A stretch of 64,000 bases of DNA from Podarcis cretensis (lineage: Eukaryota), in NCBI GenBank assembly GCA_951804945.1, contig OX638155.1:34162001-34226000 (forward strand), read 5' to 3'. The notes below the pieces were generated by a model. That model made no database searches, had not been told where the DNA came from, and was given only the letters and a program-made list of their open reading frames with translations. Both the position numbers and the translations under genes were made by a program. Each line of letters starts with the position of its first letter. Position 1 is the stretch's first letter. Shown piece by piece: positions 25,248 to 38,758 of the stretch.

Positions 25248-28200
25248 TATACACATATTAGCCACAATCCATGGCTATCCTTTTTTTTTTATGAACTGCT
25301 GCCTTTTGATGCATTTTCCCCCAAACCAGCTTCAGTCCAAAGTGAGAAAAAACACAACCAAACTGCATTTTGAGCTGGTAATGTGTGCACATTGGCATTT
25401 AAAGCTATAAAATGATGAAACAACAGTCAGTCCCCTAAATTTAAAAGCTAATAGCAAGATGCAACTAAAGGCATCCATCCAACAAGGACACCTCAAGAGA
25501 AGCCCAGAAGAAGAGATGATGGCTTGAGATGCATTTTGGGCACCATAACAGCTCTAGCTCTATGCAGCAAAGCAGTGTTGCCCAATGCCATTGCAGATTT
25601 CTGCAGAGTTCTGTGCTTTGAAGAGTTTCCCTCCACCTCTTTTGCTCTGCCAGCCAAAATACTTAATACACAAGATGAATGCACTGTCGAATGTACAGCT
25701 GAGACAGGAATGGCAGCAAGAAGACAAACATTTGTTTACGGATAAATAAAAATAACATGGAAAGAGGTGGGTCTAGCCATTGCCCTAACCTGCATTTGGA
25801 AGCATGAAATATTTATCCTTGTCCTGTAGTCTCATGTGACCCTCCGCTGTGGTTAATTGGGAGCGTTTAGGCCTTCAGCTGGCTGCTCATATGATGAATA
25901 TTTAATCACAAAGGAAAGTTCTCCTTTGCAAGAGGAGACATCAGAGATGGGCTCCTGAAAATGAAATAAAGAGCTCCGTTACCTGGAAGGAGACTTTCAC
26001 ACACCATTCCAGAAGTCAAGAAAGGTCCAGCTAATTATCTCTGTGGTGAAGCAGCAAGCAAGCTTCCCCTCTTGGTGACTTTGACATTTATCCCTTCCTG
26101 TCGGAACAAAAAAATAAACCAAACAACAAAAGGCATTAGATCCTTCTGCTCCAATTGGTCTGGATTAAGCTTAAGTGACCGGTGACATGGTAGCTCATGT
26201 AGAAGGTTGAACTCTCTTTGGTTCCCTCTGGCTTCCCCAGCAAGTCACAATGAGAGTAAAGAAGCGGAGATAATCACAAAAGCTGTATACCTTCATGCTG
26301 TTTTAAAAACCCGCACTAGGAGAATAATACAGGGTGAAGCAACATTTCCTGTAAATCCAAAAGTCGTAACAGCACAGTCCCATTCAGATCTACTTATATG
26401 GAAGTTCCATTGAGTTCAGTGGACTTCATCCGTAAAGGTGGGTATAGGACACAACATAAGTTTTCCAAATTCAGGTTATAATTTTGACAATTAAAAGAAA
26501 AATATGCTAGAAATTGAACACTGAAAAGAGGTTACCTTAAGAAAGGTGTGTCTTACTGTTAAAGAGTTGTGTCATATTCAGTGTAGACCCACTAAAATCA
26601 TGTTAGTCAAGCTAATTAAGTGGGTCTATTTTGAGTATGATTTAGGAGGCAATCCTATGCCAAGATCGGGTGAGATGAGCAGTTTAGGATGCAAGCAGAT
26701 CTCTTGTTCAGCCGACTGATTCCCAGCTCATCTGGCATTGCATTCTCAACCAAGGCTCTCCTGAAGACACACTAGTATAACGTGCTCATCCTGTCTTAGC
26801 TGGGTCTCATTCAGCTGAACTGAAGCTGGCTGAGCCAAGGCTGGTGAAAGTCCGAACAAAGGGTAGTTCTGGGGGCATGGTAGATTGAAATTCACCTTAA
26901 GATTTCTTAACCTTCAATATGACAATAAAGATAAAGTGAAAAAGTTTCAAATGGAAATAAATTTTCTGCCTCTTGCATGCTGAGGGAAAGCACATTGACA
27001 TAGATATGTTTGGTTTAGGAATTGGGGGTGGGGGGTGGCCAATGCACAGAGCCCTCAACACATACTAATAGAAAGACAGAGCTAATACTTAGCACCTCAT
27101 GTGGTTTTGTGTATCCCAGGAACCTGCTACAGTCTATGATTCAAACCTCCATCTGGCCACTCAAATTAGAGCCCAATGTGGCAACTGTTTCACTCACAAA
27201 GCACAAAGGATTTGATTGTGATGTCTCTCCACAAGCCGATTTGATTATGGTGAAATATCTTTCTCTCCCCCTTCCCGCTTTCCGTTTTATGGCTTGTTTA
27301 TTTTGTTGTTTTCTAGTTTGCTACTAGAAGTATATGGATTGACAGTTGCTGCTGCCAAGAGGAAGCTGTGCCATGTTGGTCTCTGAAAGGCTGCTGTCTG
27401 TTTCGCTAATATTACTGCCAAGACCCAGCCATTTTACTCACTGCTCAGAAACTTGTTTTGCAGTCAGTCTGCTGCCTGCATTTCCAATACTGCTTGAACA
27501 TGTTCTGTGTGTGCTTCTCAAAGTAGAACGGGCACTTCACACGTCACCAAAAATTAGGAGAAAAGAGGGAATACTTGGAGGGCACCATGTTTCGATTATT
27601 TATCTGGAATATTTCTAATCCACCTTTCAATGCAACTGATCCCATGGGATGGTGGCGGACGACACAATGGAAACTTTGCATTAAGCAAAGTTAAGCAATC
27701 ACAATTAAAAACCACTTATTCACAAAGCAAGTGAGACAAATATGGTTAAAACCCAAAGCCTTAAAATACAAATCTTTAAAACACAGAGCAAACTACAACC
27801 TCTAACAATAACTGACTAAAACTAATATCCTGCAAATGCCTGGGCAAGTAGGTTTTCACTTGGCACCTAAATGCAGCGAGCATAACTCCTTAGGGAGGAC
27901 TTTCTACAAACAGGGCAGCAACACCAAGAAAATCATTTCCTGTGTTACCAGATAGTATATAGCTCCCATTGCCAAGACAGCAAGAAGGTCCTCCTCTGAA
28001 TGGTGGGGTGGGGAGCAGGAGCTCCTCAAGGTTGGTCAGATAAGCTCAATACATTGCACAGCTCTTTTGTTTCCAGATTTGGGATTTTCCTTGAGCAGGA
28101 ACCCTAATCTGGGGCAGTGCCTAGTTTCTTGAAGTCTTAAAAGCCAACCTTTCCATTTGCACATTTCCTTATAGAATGCTATAATTTCCATGGAGAAAAA

Positions 28201-28317
28201 GGAAAATGACAGAATTTTAAGGAAGCACAGTGAAAAGCACAGTGGGAAGCCTTTTCCTGAGAAGAAAAGTGAAAACAAAACAGAAAAGTCTGTTTTGGCT
28301 CAGCTATAAAATTAGTA

Positions 28318-28551
28318 CAGTGGTACCTCGGGTTAATTTGTTCTGGAGGTCTGTTCTTAACCTGAAACTGTTCTTAACGTGAGGTACCACTTTAGCTAAT
28401 GGGGCCTCCCTCTGCTGCTGCCCCACTGCCGCACAATTTCTGTTCTCATGCTGAAGCAAAGTTCTTAACCCGAGGTACTATTTCTGGGTTAGTGGAGTCT
28501 GTAACCTGAAGTGTCTGTAACCTGAAGTGTCTGTAACCTGAGATACCACTG
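28318..28551 (-). mobile_element. Tigger-like MITE family A
   Basis: TIR cagtggtacctc/gagataccactg; TA flanks. Confidence 0.9.
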
Positions 28552-28553
28552 TA

Positions 28554-29559
28554 CAGCCGTACCTTGGTTTTTTAACAGAATGACCACTCCCCACATCAAA
28601 TGGGGGACACCTTTTGTGTGGTCTGGATCTCATGCGGCTCCTGGCAGTACGGGCTGGCTTTGCCCTCCCCAGGCTGGATACCTGGAGGTCTTCACCTACC
28701 TCAGTCAATTGCCCAATCCCACCTGGGGAGGCGTTGCCAGGGGATCAGCAAGGTAGGGGGAGGCACCACCCTGCCCACACAACAGAGGGTGGATCTTACC
28801 TGGGAATCATCAGTTGGCTCCAGAGCTTCTCCCACCCTGCCCTCCCTCAGTTAATGGCTGGAAAGGAATTTTCCTGCATTGGCAGGTTTTGCCTTTCCCG
28901 TAGCAAAACGTCACAACTTTGGCGGTTTCAGGCCTTGGGCAGAATCCTTTAGTCTATCTTCCGTAAATGGGGGGGGGGTGAAGTGGTGACCCATGCCCCC
29001 CCTTGCAGCAGCGATCCCAGGGTTCCCCGTTAAAGGGGTCTTGAGCAAAGGCATTGGCCATATGCCGAGAAGTTGTCATTGCTCTCTCCTGCGACGGCGA
29101 TGAAACAGGGGGCGGGCTTTCTGCTTGAACATATGTTCTCCAGAGCCAGCCCAATCCCCACACATTCTGGATAACCCTGATGTCCTCCAGATCCCTGGCT
29201 GGGGACTAGGAAGGATAAATGCCCAATGCCTGAGGCAAGGTCTCCCTACATCTGAAATTTAATAAAGTTGTGGCCAATTTTAATCCCATAGCACGTTGTC
29301 TTGAGCCTGGGGTTGCCTGGGGTTGGCGGGGACTCCACCTGTCCACGCAATGCATTCCAGAAGTCAATTTGACTTCCGAAACATTCAGAAACTAAGGTAT
29401 GGCTTCCAATTGTTTGCGAATGTTTGTCAGTCGGAAGCCGTACTGGACGTTCAGCTTCCGAGGCAAAGTTCGCAAACCTGAACACCTACTTCTGGGTTTG
29501 CGATATCCAAGTTCCAAGTTGTTCGTGAACTAAGCTGTTCGAAAACCAAGGTACGACTG
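28554..29559. mobile_element. Tigger-like MITE family B, interrupted by a 766-bp insert
   Basis: TIR cagccgtaccttggtttt / aaaaccaaggtacgactg with TA flanks; homologous to 40951-41209. Confidence 0.85.
28583..29348 (+). mobile_element. Probable tyrosine-recombinase (Ngaro/DIRS-like) retroelement terminal unit
   Basis: Clean insert flanked by a 4-nt aatg repeat; GC-rich; 'aataaagttgtggcc' near the 3' end; decayed 'KWGTPFVWS/DLM' reading reminiscent of the Ngaro SGNH domain. Confidence 0.5.
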
Positions 29560-29561
29560 TA

Positions 29562-29795
29562 CAGTGGTACCTCTGGTTACGTACTTAATTCGTTCAGGAG
29601 GTCTGTTCTTAACCTGAAACTGTTCTTAACCTGAACCACCACTTTAGCTAATGGGGCCTCCTGCTGCCACCAGAGCACAATTTCTGTTCTCATCCTGAAG
29701 CAAAGTTCTTAACCTGAGGTACTATTTCTGGGTTAGCAGAGTCTGTAACCTGAAGCGTATGTAACCTGAAGCATATGTAACCCGAGGTACCACTG
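29562..29795 (-). mobile_element. Tigger-like MITE family A
   Basis: TIR cagtggtacctc/gaggtaccactg; TA flanks. Confidence 0.9.
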
Positions 29796-31624
29796 TATAT
29801 AGATTGGATTTGGAGAGAAAAATAGCTTGGCTTTTCAAATGATGTTTGCAGGTTGTAAAAATGCTAGTATGGGATTACTAGTATGGGATTAGTTCTACAG
29901 GCCTCATATTGCATCTCTACAATAGATAGTATTCATGTGTACATATGAAAAGTGTATTGTCCATTTTGAATAGTCTTTGATAGCTGAGAGTATGCAAGAG
30001 AGCATCCATAACTGGGAATGCAGAAACAAAAACAAGAAAACCACTATGCGAATGTTTGTCATCTAATTCAGGTGAGGACAAATTTCAGAAATAGGGAGCA
30101 TGCTGACATTTGCCTATATGTGTTAAGATTTGAAAAAAGCCAGAGAAAAATACCACCGGCAACTGAGTGCCTTTGGTAAATGTTCCAGTTGTTTCACATC
30201 ACTTACAGGTAAATGACATTTACTAGTCCACCAGTGTAAAGGGAGGAAAACAGGTTCATGATGCAAAAATAGCTGCTATTTCACATGGGGTCTCATAAAT
30301 TTAAAACACTGATGTATTTGTCAGCCTTTATTAAGTTCCTGACACGTAAGGTAACACATTTTTACACACTCTCATACGTTCACTATTCATCAACACAACT
30401 TTATACACATTTGACACAAAAGCAGGTATGTTCTTCTTGCACACATTTGCAACACTATTGTTCAGATTTGGAGGCATTTTACCTGCTACCATGAGGTTGT
30501 GTTATAGTTTTAGCTATCTTTTAATTACAGAATCAGTAGCTGGTGTTGCTTTATTGCAATTTTATTTTTAATTAGCTGTGGGGGTTTTTGTTATTAATTG
30601 CTCTTTTGTAAGCCATCCCACTCGGCCATGTGGTGGGATTTAAATACAAAACATTTCTCCTTAATTTCAGCGATTTAATAAAGATGTACTTTTTGGCACT
30701 CACAGGAAAAATCCTTGAAGGAAAAAACAATGCCTTCTTCTGTCTTGTTTCCTTTTATAGAAAGGCCATTCTCTGCCCACAGTGTATCACTTTCCTACCT
30801 CAGACTTGGCACTTCCGTGGTTCTTGAAGAGATTTGGCCTACAGTTCAGGCTGTACTTGAACCTTAGTCTCTGCTGATAAGTCTAATGAATTTTTCAACT
30901 CGTCGTGTTTTGGCTCCAATACAAAACTGTAAAGCAAAATCCATATTTGGGTCACAGTTCATCATGAAAGCAGTACTTAGAAGCACTCTTGCTCTGTTCC
31001 AACTAGTTCATGTTTCTGTATTTTCCTCCCTTCGCTTTTATCTACTAAGAGCACAAATTTAATTACTCAGAATACTTCAGTTCTGCTCCCACGCAGCAAC
31101 TCTACTGTGCTCATAGTGTTGTAACAAGCAGAGGTGGAAAATCTATGTCTATCTTCATTTCAACCAGATTAAGTCCCTCAGAATCAATCCTTCCTCCTCA
31201 GAATGTCTCGTAAACAACACCCTGTCAGCTTCACCTCCTTTTTCTTTTCCTTGTTGTTTGTTTTGTTTTTCATGAGCAATTTTTTGGGGGGTTGGTTTCT
31301 AAATTTCTTCCAAGAACTCATTGTACGTCTTGATGTTGAATTCACTTAAACATATACTAAATGTTTATTTATTTTCTTGCACAATGTATTTCCCCTTAAA
31401 CTGAGGAATTTAAATGTAAATGAGTTTTGAAGAACACAATCGAGCCTTATCAAAGCATGGTTTGGGCTAATTTATTTTAGGTTTTTAATTCCCCCCCCCC
31501 CAAAAAAAATCAATGATATTCATGGAGTTGTAGTCCAAAACATCTGGAGGGTACCAGGTTGGCAAAGGGAATTGTAAGGTCTTTGAGTTAGCCTACAAGC
31601 CACTGGTCAGGGCCATTTCTAAGC

Positions 31625-31830
31625 CTTGAGAACACCATAAGGATGCAAAAAGAGCCCTGCTGGATAAGGCCAGAATTTCAGTTAGCACAGCATCCTTTTT
31701 CCAATCTGATGTCTGTGTGAAGCGCACAAGCAGGACATGGAAGCAATAGCTCTCTGCCATTGCTTCCGGCAACTGCTACTCAGGGGAATATTGCCTCTAA
31801 ACATAGAGGTTGGAAATAGCTATTGTGTCT
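31625..31830 (-). mobile_element. Degenerate CR1-type 3' end
   Basis: 'aagagccctgctggataaggcc...cagcatcc', the reverse complement of the CR1-like tail also seen at 57125-57262. Confidence 0.5.
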
Positions 31831-31999
31831 AGCAAAAGTTCTGAATCTCTGAGCTTGCCTTACCAAAATCAAGTCATGACATGACTAAATGAAATGTCCA
31901 CAGAGTCCCAACCCTCTCTGCAAATCCATCCCGAAGCCCACATGACTGGTAACAGACCTGTCTAGCTGTGCCTCCACTCACTGAAACTGGGAAGAGAAG

Positions 32000-32580
32000 G
32001 CTTGCAAGCAGTATTCAATGGGACTTGGACTTGGTCTACAAGCTCAGAGATCTCTTGCAACCAAGACTTGGAATTCTCCCTAGACCCTGTGGTAGTCTGC
32101 AGGGGCTAGTCATAAGGGGCTCCACATTTTCTGCAAAAGTCAGAGACATTGGATTATTTCAATGGGTTCTATGTGGGGCTGCCCTTACGTTTGATCTGGG
32201 ATGGCATCTAGCATAGAATGGGGTGGCACAGCTTGTGACCGGGGTTGCCTTCTGTCAGGTTATAACTCCAGTGCTGAGGAAACTGCACTGGCTACCAGTA
32301 TGCTACCAGACTCACCTGCAAGATTCACCTGTTGGGATATAAAGTCCTAACTTTGGACCAGAATATCAGAGTGATATGCTCCCCAAAGACCCCTGCCTGT
32401 GGTATCACATACACTGGAGGTTCATTCCATGATTTCAGGCTAGGCCCCTTAGCACAGTCCAGCACTGGACTTGTAGAGCAATGGCTTGTTGCACTTAAAT
32501 TAGCCTTAGCCCCATTGCTTCATCAGATATTAAAATCCTCCCCCCACTCTTTTCTCTTGGCTTTCCTAGAAGAATGAGTT
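32000..32580 (+). mobile_element. Old L2 LINE ORF2 C-terminal fragment
   Basis: Decayed reading 'LDYFNGFYVGLPL...NGVAQLVTG...ITPVLRKLHWLPV', matching the L2 motif LHWLPV. Confidence 0.75.
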
Positions 32581-33853
32581 TACTTGTGGGCACTGCTTGA
32601 TGTTTGGTGATAACTTTTCTATCCATTTTTATCTTGCGTTTTTGCTGTTGTATCCCCACTATGGTATTACTTTAAGCTTTACAAATAACTCAAATAAATA
32701 AATCAGCTTTTGGGGCTTTTGCCTAGTTCCCTCTGATTTTGAGCCAAAATGAAAGGTACTGTTCTGATGTGATTTTATTAGCTGTCCCATGAAAGATTCC
32801 CCCTTGGTGGAAAATCCAAATATACAGATATAAACATGAAGATTTGGCTGATCTGTAGACCTAATCTGTTCCACACTGCGACCCTACACATTTTGACTCA
32901 CCGAGTTCAATGGGACATACTAGGATGTGTGTTTAGCATTAGGACTGTAGCCTGAATTGCATGTTTCATATGCCATATGTGCATGGGGAAATTAGCATGG
33001 GTCATGCAAAATTGACATTCTGAACACATCGTGCAGCCCTTTTTGATACATGGGCGGTGGCTTGTTTTTGAGGAAGTAGTGATATAACCTCCAGTATCTA
33101 TAAAAGGAATGTGTTATAGCAGCTGGCAACTGTTCAATTTGTTTAGCTCTGAGCTCAGAGAAGAGCAGACCTCAAGTTGTGTGACTGAAAGTGGTTATTA
33201 CAAGATTATATATGACGGCAGTAAACACAAGCAGGGCTCTTTAATGAACAGCTTGGGCAGAATACTGCCTTCCTTAGTTCTTAGGATTTTACCAGGTGCT
33301 CATTTGAATAAAGTAGGAGAAAACAAATGGATTAATATGACATGTTTACTTCCTGGAGCAGATCTACTAATTGCAGCTGTGAACACTTAGAAAAACCTAC
33401 CATCAGTTTGTATATATTCTTGTTACCGATTGGCATATATTAAAGAGAAGACTCAGATGAATATCTATGCATTTTATATGTTGCACGGATGCTGTTTCCA
33501 TGTTCCATTGTCACCCATAACATGCAGGAACATTTACCATGCCATGGCATGACAATATCGCGCTGAACTGCTGTAGTCTTATCACATGTGTCTTCAGGCA
33601 TCTTGATATCAGCCAAGAACTCTAGTCAGCAAGTCCACCACTTGGAGACAAGTAAAAGATTATTGCTTAGCTAGTTGTTTATTGAGGCGATGTTTTTTCT
33701 CCTGCAGAGTTTTGCTGCTCCTGCTCGGTCGGTTTTACAGTTTTGGAGTGAATTTATTGTAGCGTGTTGTCTGTTGTAATCTATACGTTGCCTCTTATTC
33801 CCCTCCCCCAAGTCATCTAGATATTTTTCTTTTGCATTAAATGACTTACAAGC

Positions 33854-33894
<41 letters not shown>

Positions 33895-33895
33895 C
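33854..33895. repeat. (CAA)n microsatellite
   Basis: Directly visible; source of the spurious polyQ ORF. Confidence 0.95.
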
Positions 33896-34018
33896 TCCCT
33901 GCTACCAGGCCATGCATGGAATTCCTCTTGTGGAGTCTACTAAATCACGCTACCACATTTATTCCCCTCATATTCCACATTGTCTCTTTTCTCAAAGCAA
34001 AACTAATTGGTTGTAGAA

Positions 34019-34390
34019 CAAGGGTGGAGAACCTCAGGGCCAGGAGCCAAATGTGGCCCTCCAGGCCTTTCTGTGTGGCCCTGGGACACTCTCATGTGAC
34101 ATCTCCTCAGCCACACACCCTCTCCTCAAGCCAATACCCCTCACAATATAGTTTACCCCTTTCTTGGGAGGTTCCCCCCCCCCCCGGATGGAATGTGATC
34201 CTGAGCTCTTGACTGGTTGCCTGGATAGAGAGGGGTGTCTGAGTGTGTAGAAACTGTCCCAAGGCAAATTTTACATCAATTGCTTCACCCACTTTTACAT
34301 CTGGCCCCACCACCAGTGGCTGTAGCCCTTGGAAGGTCACCCAGAAAAGAACGTGGCCCATGGACTAAGCAGGTTCCCCACCCCGTTGCA
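34019..34390. mobile_element. hAT-Charlie-like non-autonomous element
   Basis: Ends 'caagggtggagaacct' / 'aggttccccaccccg'; internal 'atgtggccctccaggcc'. Confidence 0.7.
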
Positions 34391-35883
34391 AAAGCTCTAA
34401 CCAGTCCTACTTTCTTTTCTGCATTGTGTGTTTGCCTCTGTCTCAGCACCGGTAGCAGAGGATGTGCTGTGAACTGTGGGCAGCAGGAGAACACAGAGAT
34501 TGAATCCCTGTGGGTGGTGTCCATTGCTCTTGCTAGAAATAATGTAAGAGCCATTCATAATATGCCCTATAATCATCTATAGCCTGTATTCTCTGGCTCG
34601 GGCTGTTATATACCATAAAATTAAGTGTAATATTCCTTGTGTTGGTCTCATCTGGAGGTCTTTTTCAGACATCTAAAATACTCTTTTTGGTATCAGAGAG
34701 AATCCTTTAACTTGTTCTTTTGTCTAAGAAGAGACTGAGTCAATTTGAACCCTCTTGCTTTTATATCATGCTGGGGCAAGGCCCTGCGCAAACCAAACTT
34801 TCCTGACTGTTCAACTTCATACCGTATTCTCTTTCACGGAAGATCTATCGCCCTTCCTCCATTCTCTGAAACTTTCAGTTTTGTTTGGGAGCCTTTCAAC
34901 GTGAGCCGACGCTGTCAAAGGGAAGAGAGAGCCACCTTTGATTCATGTCAAATGAATCACGTGATTCCTTGATTCACATCAAATGAATTAATGCCTTCCC
35001 CTTCTGCTTCTTGCAAGTATGTTTGGTATTAACTGTTTAAGGAATTCATCGCAAAGAGCTATATTTAGCCTTCGCCATTTGGGAATCAGACAGTTCGTAC
35101 TGTGGCACCAGCAAATGAATTAATAATCTCCTTATAATAAAGTAACCCATGCAGGCTCCATATATCACTGGTTGATCCCATCATTCCTTTCCACTTCACA
35201 ATACACCCTCACCCATTGTGTGATAAATATTTTATACGGCCTCTATCCGACCAGATCTTTTCCCCGCCCTTCTAGACAGAGTGTATTAAACAACAAATAA
35301 AATCCCAGATGAAATATATGCTATGAAAACCCAGGGCAGAAACAGATTTATGTAGGGAGAATAAATCTTAAACAAACAAGAGTTTGAAGATCACAGCAAG
35401 CACCTACAACTCTTGCAAGAGGTTACTCTCCCTTGGTTGATTTCATCCAGTGCCTCTCCCATCTCCTCACTGCTGTGGGCAGACTCAAGTGAGATGGCTT
35501 TGGAACCTCATAAACTAAAATGCAACCTGCCTTAAAGCACCCTTGGCAATCACATCTCTAAGCTTGTGTGTTATGTGAATGCTCAGCAAGTTGCATCTCA
35601 CAGGCAGAAGATTTAGATGTCCCTGGAGAACAATGTGGGAGCATACACAAAGGAAAGTGTCAGCCACACATTGTTCCAAATATACATAAAGTTCTACTTT
35701 GTACATTAACTAGGGTTGCATTCCGATGTGGGGATTCTTGTTTTCCTGATTATAGGGGCTAGCACTTCTATCCCAGATTCCAGTGTTCTGATTACACTGC
35801 ATTTTCCTGTTTCCGTTATGGTGCTGTGGCTTTTTTGATCAACGTGCCACCAGGTTGCACTAAATTTTAAATGGTGGGAAAGT

Positions 35884-36236
35884 TTGTTGTTGTTGTTTAG
35901 TCATTTAGTCGTGTCCGACTCTTTGTGACCCCATGGACCAGAGCACGCCAGGCACTCCTGTCTTCCACTGCCTCCTGCAGTTTGGTCAAACTCATGCTGG
36001 TAGCTTCTAGAACACTGTTCAACCATCTCGTCCTCTGTCGTCCCCTTCTCCTTGTGCCCTCCATCTTTCCCAACATCAGGGAAGTCTTCTCTTCTCATGA
36101 GGTGGCCAAAGTACTGGAGCCTCAGCTTCAGGATCTGTCCTTCCAGTGAGCACTCAGGGCTGATTTCCTTAAGAATGGATGCGTTTGATCTTCTTGTAGT
36201 CCATGGGACTCTCAAGAGTCTCCTCCAGCACCATAA
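35884..36236 (-). mobile_element. Bov-B (RTE) LINE 3' fragment
   Basis: Minus frame 'LWCWRRLLRVPWTTRRSNASILKEISPECSLEGQILKLRLQYFGHLMRR'; (CAA)n tail. Confidence 0.93.
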
Positions 36237-36662
36237 AGTACTGTATGCCAAAAAACAATCCCAAATTACAATGCACAATTCCTGGGATTTTTCAGGTTAT
36301 TTGGAAGCAAATAACATGGAAATGAACAGTAAACTTCCACTAAATTCTGCTACATTTCCAGAAGTGGTTTTTATGATGTGAAAGATCACATAAAATGTGG
36401 AAATTATCAGGTAATCACTGGGGAAATAGGACAAAGTGCTGTCTGAATGCAGCCTCTCCGCATTTTAAATGGCAGCTGCTTTTCTGGCTCTCTTGGGACC
36501 TTTAAAGGCCCACAATCACATCAGCCTGGTCAATTGCGTTGGAGGGGAATCAGCACACTGTCAAGAGAAGTGAGGGTGTCAATTCTATGAAAAGGGCTGA
36601 TGCACAGAATTATGAGGAGAGATGTTAAGGTGCAGGGGAAAGAAAAGAATAGAAAATGGATA

Positions 36663-36704
<42 letters not shown>

Positions 36705-37367
36705 TGTGCCCTGCTGCCTAAAATGGAAAAACAAAAAATTGGGAAAAACAGGGGGGAGAGAGCATAATGGTGAAATATTTTCTCTTTCATAATGAGGAAT
36801 GAAATGCTTTTTCATGTCATGCCTTAAAATAATATTGTTGCAGCCAAGTGACACAGTTGCAAATCTCTCAGATCAAAGCTTGAAATTTGGTGACGAGAGC
36901 ATTGCTAATGCCTTTGAATGGATTGCAAAACAAGCATCTCCCTTCAGACTAGATATTGCAAGAAGTACTTTCAACAAACATTGCCTGTCAACAATTTATT
37001 AACATGAGAAAGTATTGACAAACTTACTGTCGTTTATAGCACATTCAGCGAAGGTTGCAATTCCATAGATCTTTAAATTTGCAATTCTGTACCCACTATG
37101 TTCTGGTAGCTTTTTAATAGCTACGTATGGGATTCCAGCACTATTAGTCGCTGGAAGTACAATCCCAGGCATGGCTAGGATTCAGTGCAATCAGATTCAG
37201 TCTGACTTACTCCTAGGAAAGTTGATATAGGTTAGCAGCCTGATTCTGATTAGGAAAATGATATGATAGTATTCTGTAGGATATATTATATGTATACTAG
37301 TATATAAATAATACAAATATGGCTTGAGGGACCTAGTTTTGTCTTCTCCCACATGGTGGAATATAGT

Positions 37368-37752
37368 AGGGGTGGATGGATCAATATCTGTTTTGCATCT
37401 GGTTATTCATAAGTCCATTCCATCCAGTTGCTGCATTAATCTGCATATTTTTTGCAAAAAAGAAAAAGAAAGAAAAGTATTTAAATACAGAATTACATTT
37501 TCAAATGCATTTTTTATCACAAAACATGTATTTAAATTTATATTCCCAGCGTATGCATTTCTAAATATGCTTTTTTCTGAAATATATCATTTTTTTTACA
37601 CATTTTGCCACATTATTTGAGCCAAGAATTTTGCTGAAAATTCAGGAAAGCATGAAATCTGATCAGATTCCAATCCCTATATTAGTCCTGGTGGCATGAA
37701 TTAGATCACTTCACTTAAAAATGCAGAGCAAACTCAGTTCCCCTCCATCTCT
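37368..37752. mobile_element. Unclassified AT-rich interspersed repeat (probably DNA-transposon derived)
   Basis: Ends 'aggggtgga'...'tccatctct'; similar organisation to 41234-41822. Confidence 0.45.
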
Positions 37753-37904
37753 CAAATATGGTCACACTCCTCTTTTGAATGAACTCTGGAGAGTGTTGCC
37801 CCAACCAAAAGATTCTTACAACACTTCTCATAATTGTGAATGTGATGTGCTACTGTGAGCCATTATCCCTCTATTGAACTGCATACCACACACTCTGGCT
37901 AAGG

Positions 37905-38032
37905 CAGGCATAGGCAAACTTGCCGCCCCCCCCCCAATGTTTTGGGACTACAACTCCCATCATCCCTAGCTAACAGGACCAGTGGTCAGGGATGGTGAGA
38001 CCCATCTGGAGGGCTGAGTTTGCCTATGGCTG
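37905..38032. mobile_element. Palindromic hAT MITE (same family as 16695)
   Basis: TIR caggcataggcaaact; perfect TSD ggctaagg. Confidence 0.9.
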
Positions 38033-38612
38033 GGCTAAGGCTTCCTACAAATCAGTACTTGTTACTGTATCAGGATACCATGCCTCCCTGACTGTGGCCG
38101 TCATTTTCCACCCAGCTGCTTGACATTCTACACACACAAACACACACACACACACACACACACACGGGGAGAGGCCATTTCTTTTTACTCATAGCTGACC
38201 ACCTATCCTTCATTCTAGGTAGCTCTCCAGCTTTGCCCATCCTTGGCAGGAGAACAGGAAGACCAAAGTGGAAGGACAAAAGTCACCGTGCACTTAACCA
38301 GGCAAGACTAGGTTATTTGCTAAGTGTCACTTCAGATGAATGGCGTGTTGTCATACCTTACATAGCTGGGTGAGAGCCGCAGCCCAAGAAAATGATGAAA
38401 AGAAGCCATCAGCTCCCCAGTGCAATATAACTTGTCCTCTTTTTTCCCCCCTCACAGATAATAATAAATCTAGTAGTTCTGTTGCATTTGGTCTTAGAAG
38501 AGAATCATGCTTTAGATGATGCCTTAACTATGCTGTATTTTTACATATGTATTAATGATCAGTTATCCCCCAAACTACAGCTTGGGTTGTTTATGCAGTC
38601 AGACCAGCAATG

Positions 38613-38758
38613 CAGTGCTTTTTTTCTGGGGAGAAGCAGGGGTACACATACCCCTAAACATTGTGTGAATCTAAGTTTGGCCTCATTGAGGGGCATTCTT
38701 TCAATATGAGGAGGAAAATGAGAGTACTCCTAAACATTTTTTTAGAAAAAAAGCACTG
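38613..38758. mobile_element. hAT MITE
   Basis: TIR cagtgctttttttct/agaaaaaaagcactg; perfect TSD cagcaatg. Confidence 0.9.

Noticed and set aside
33841-34212. PolyQ-containing ORF
   Set aside because: It arises from a (CAA)n microsatellite running into a hAT element.
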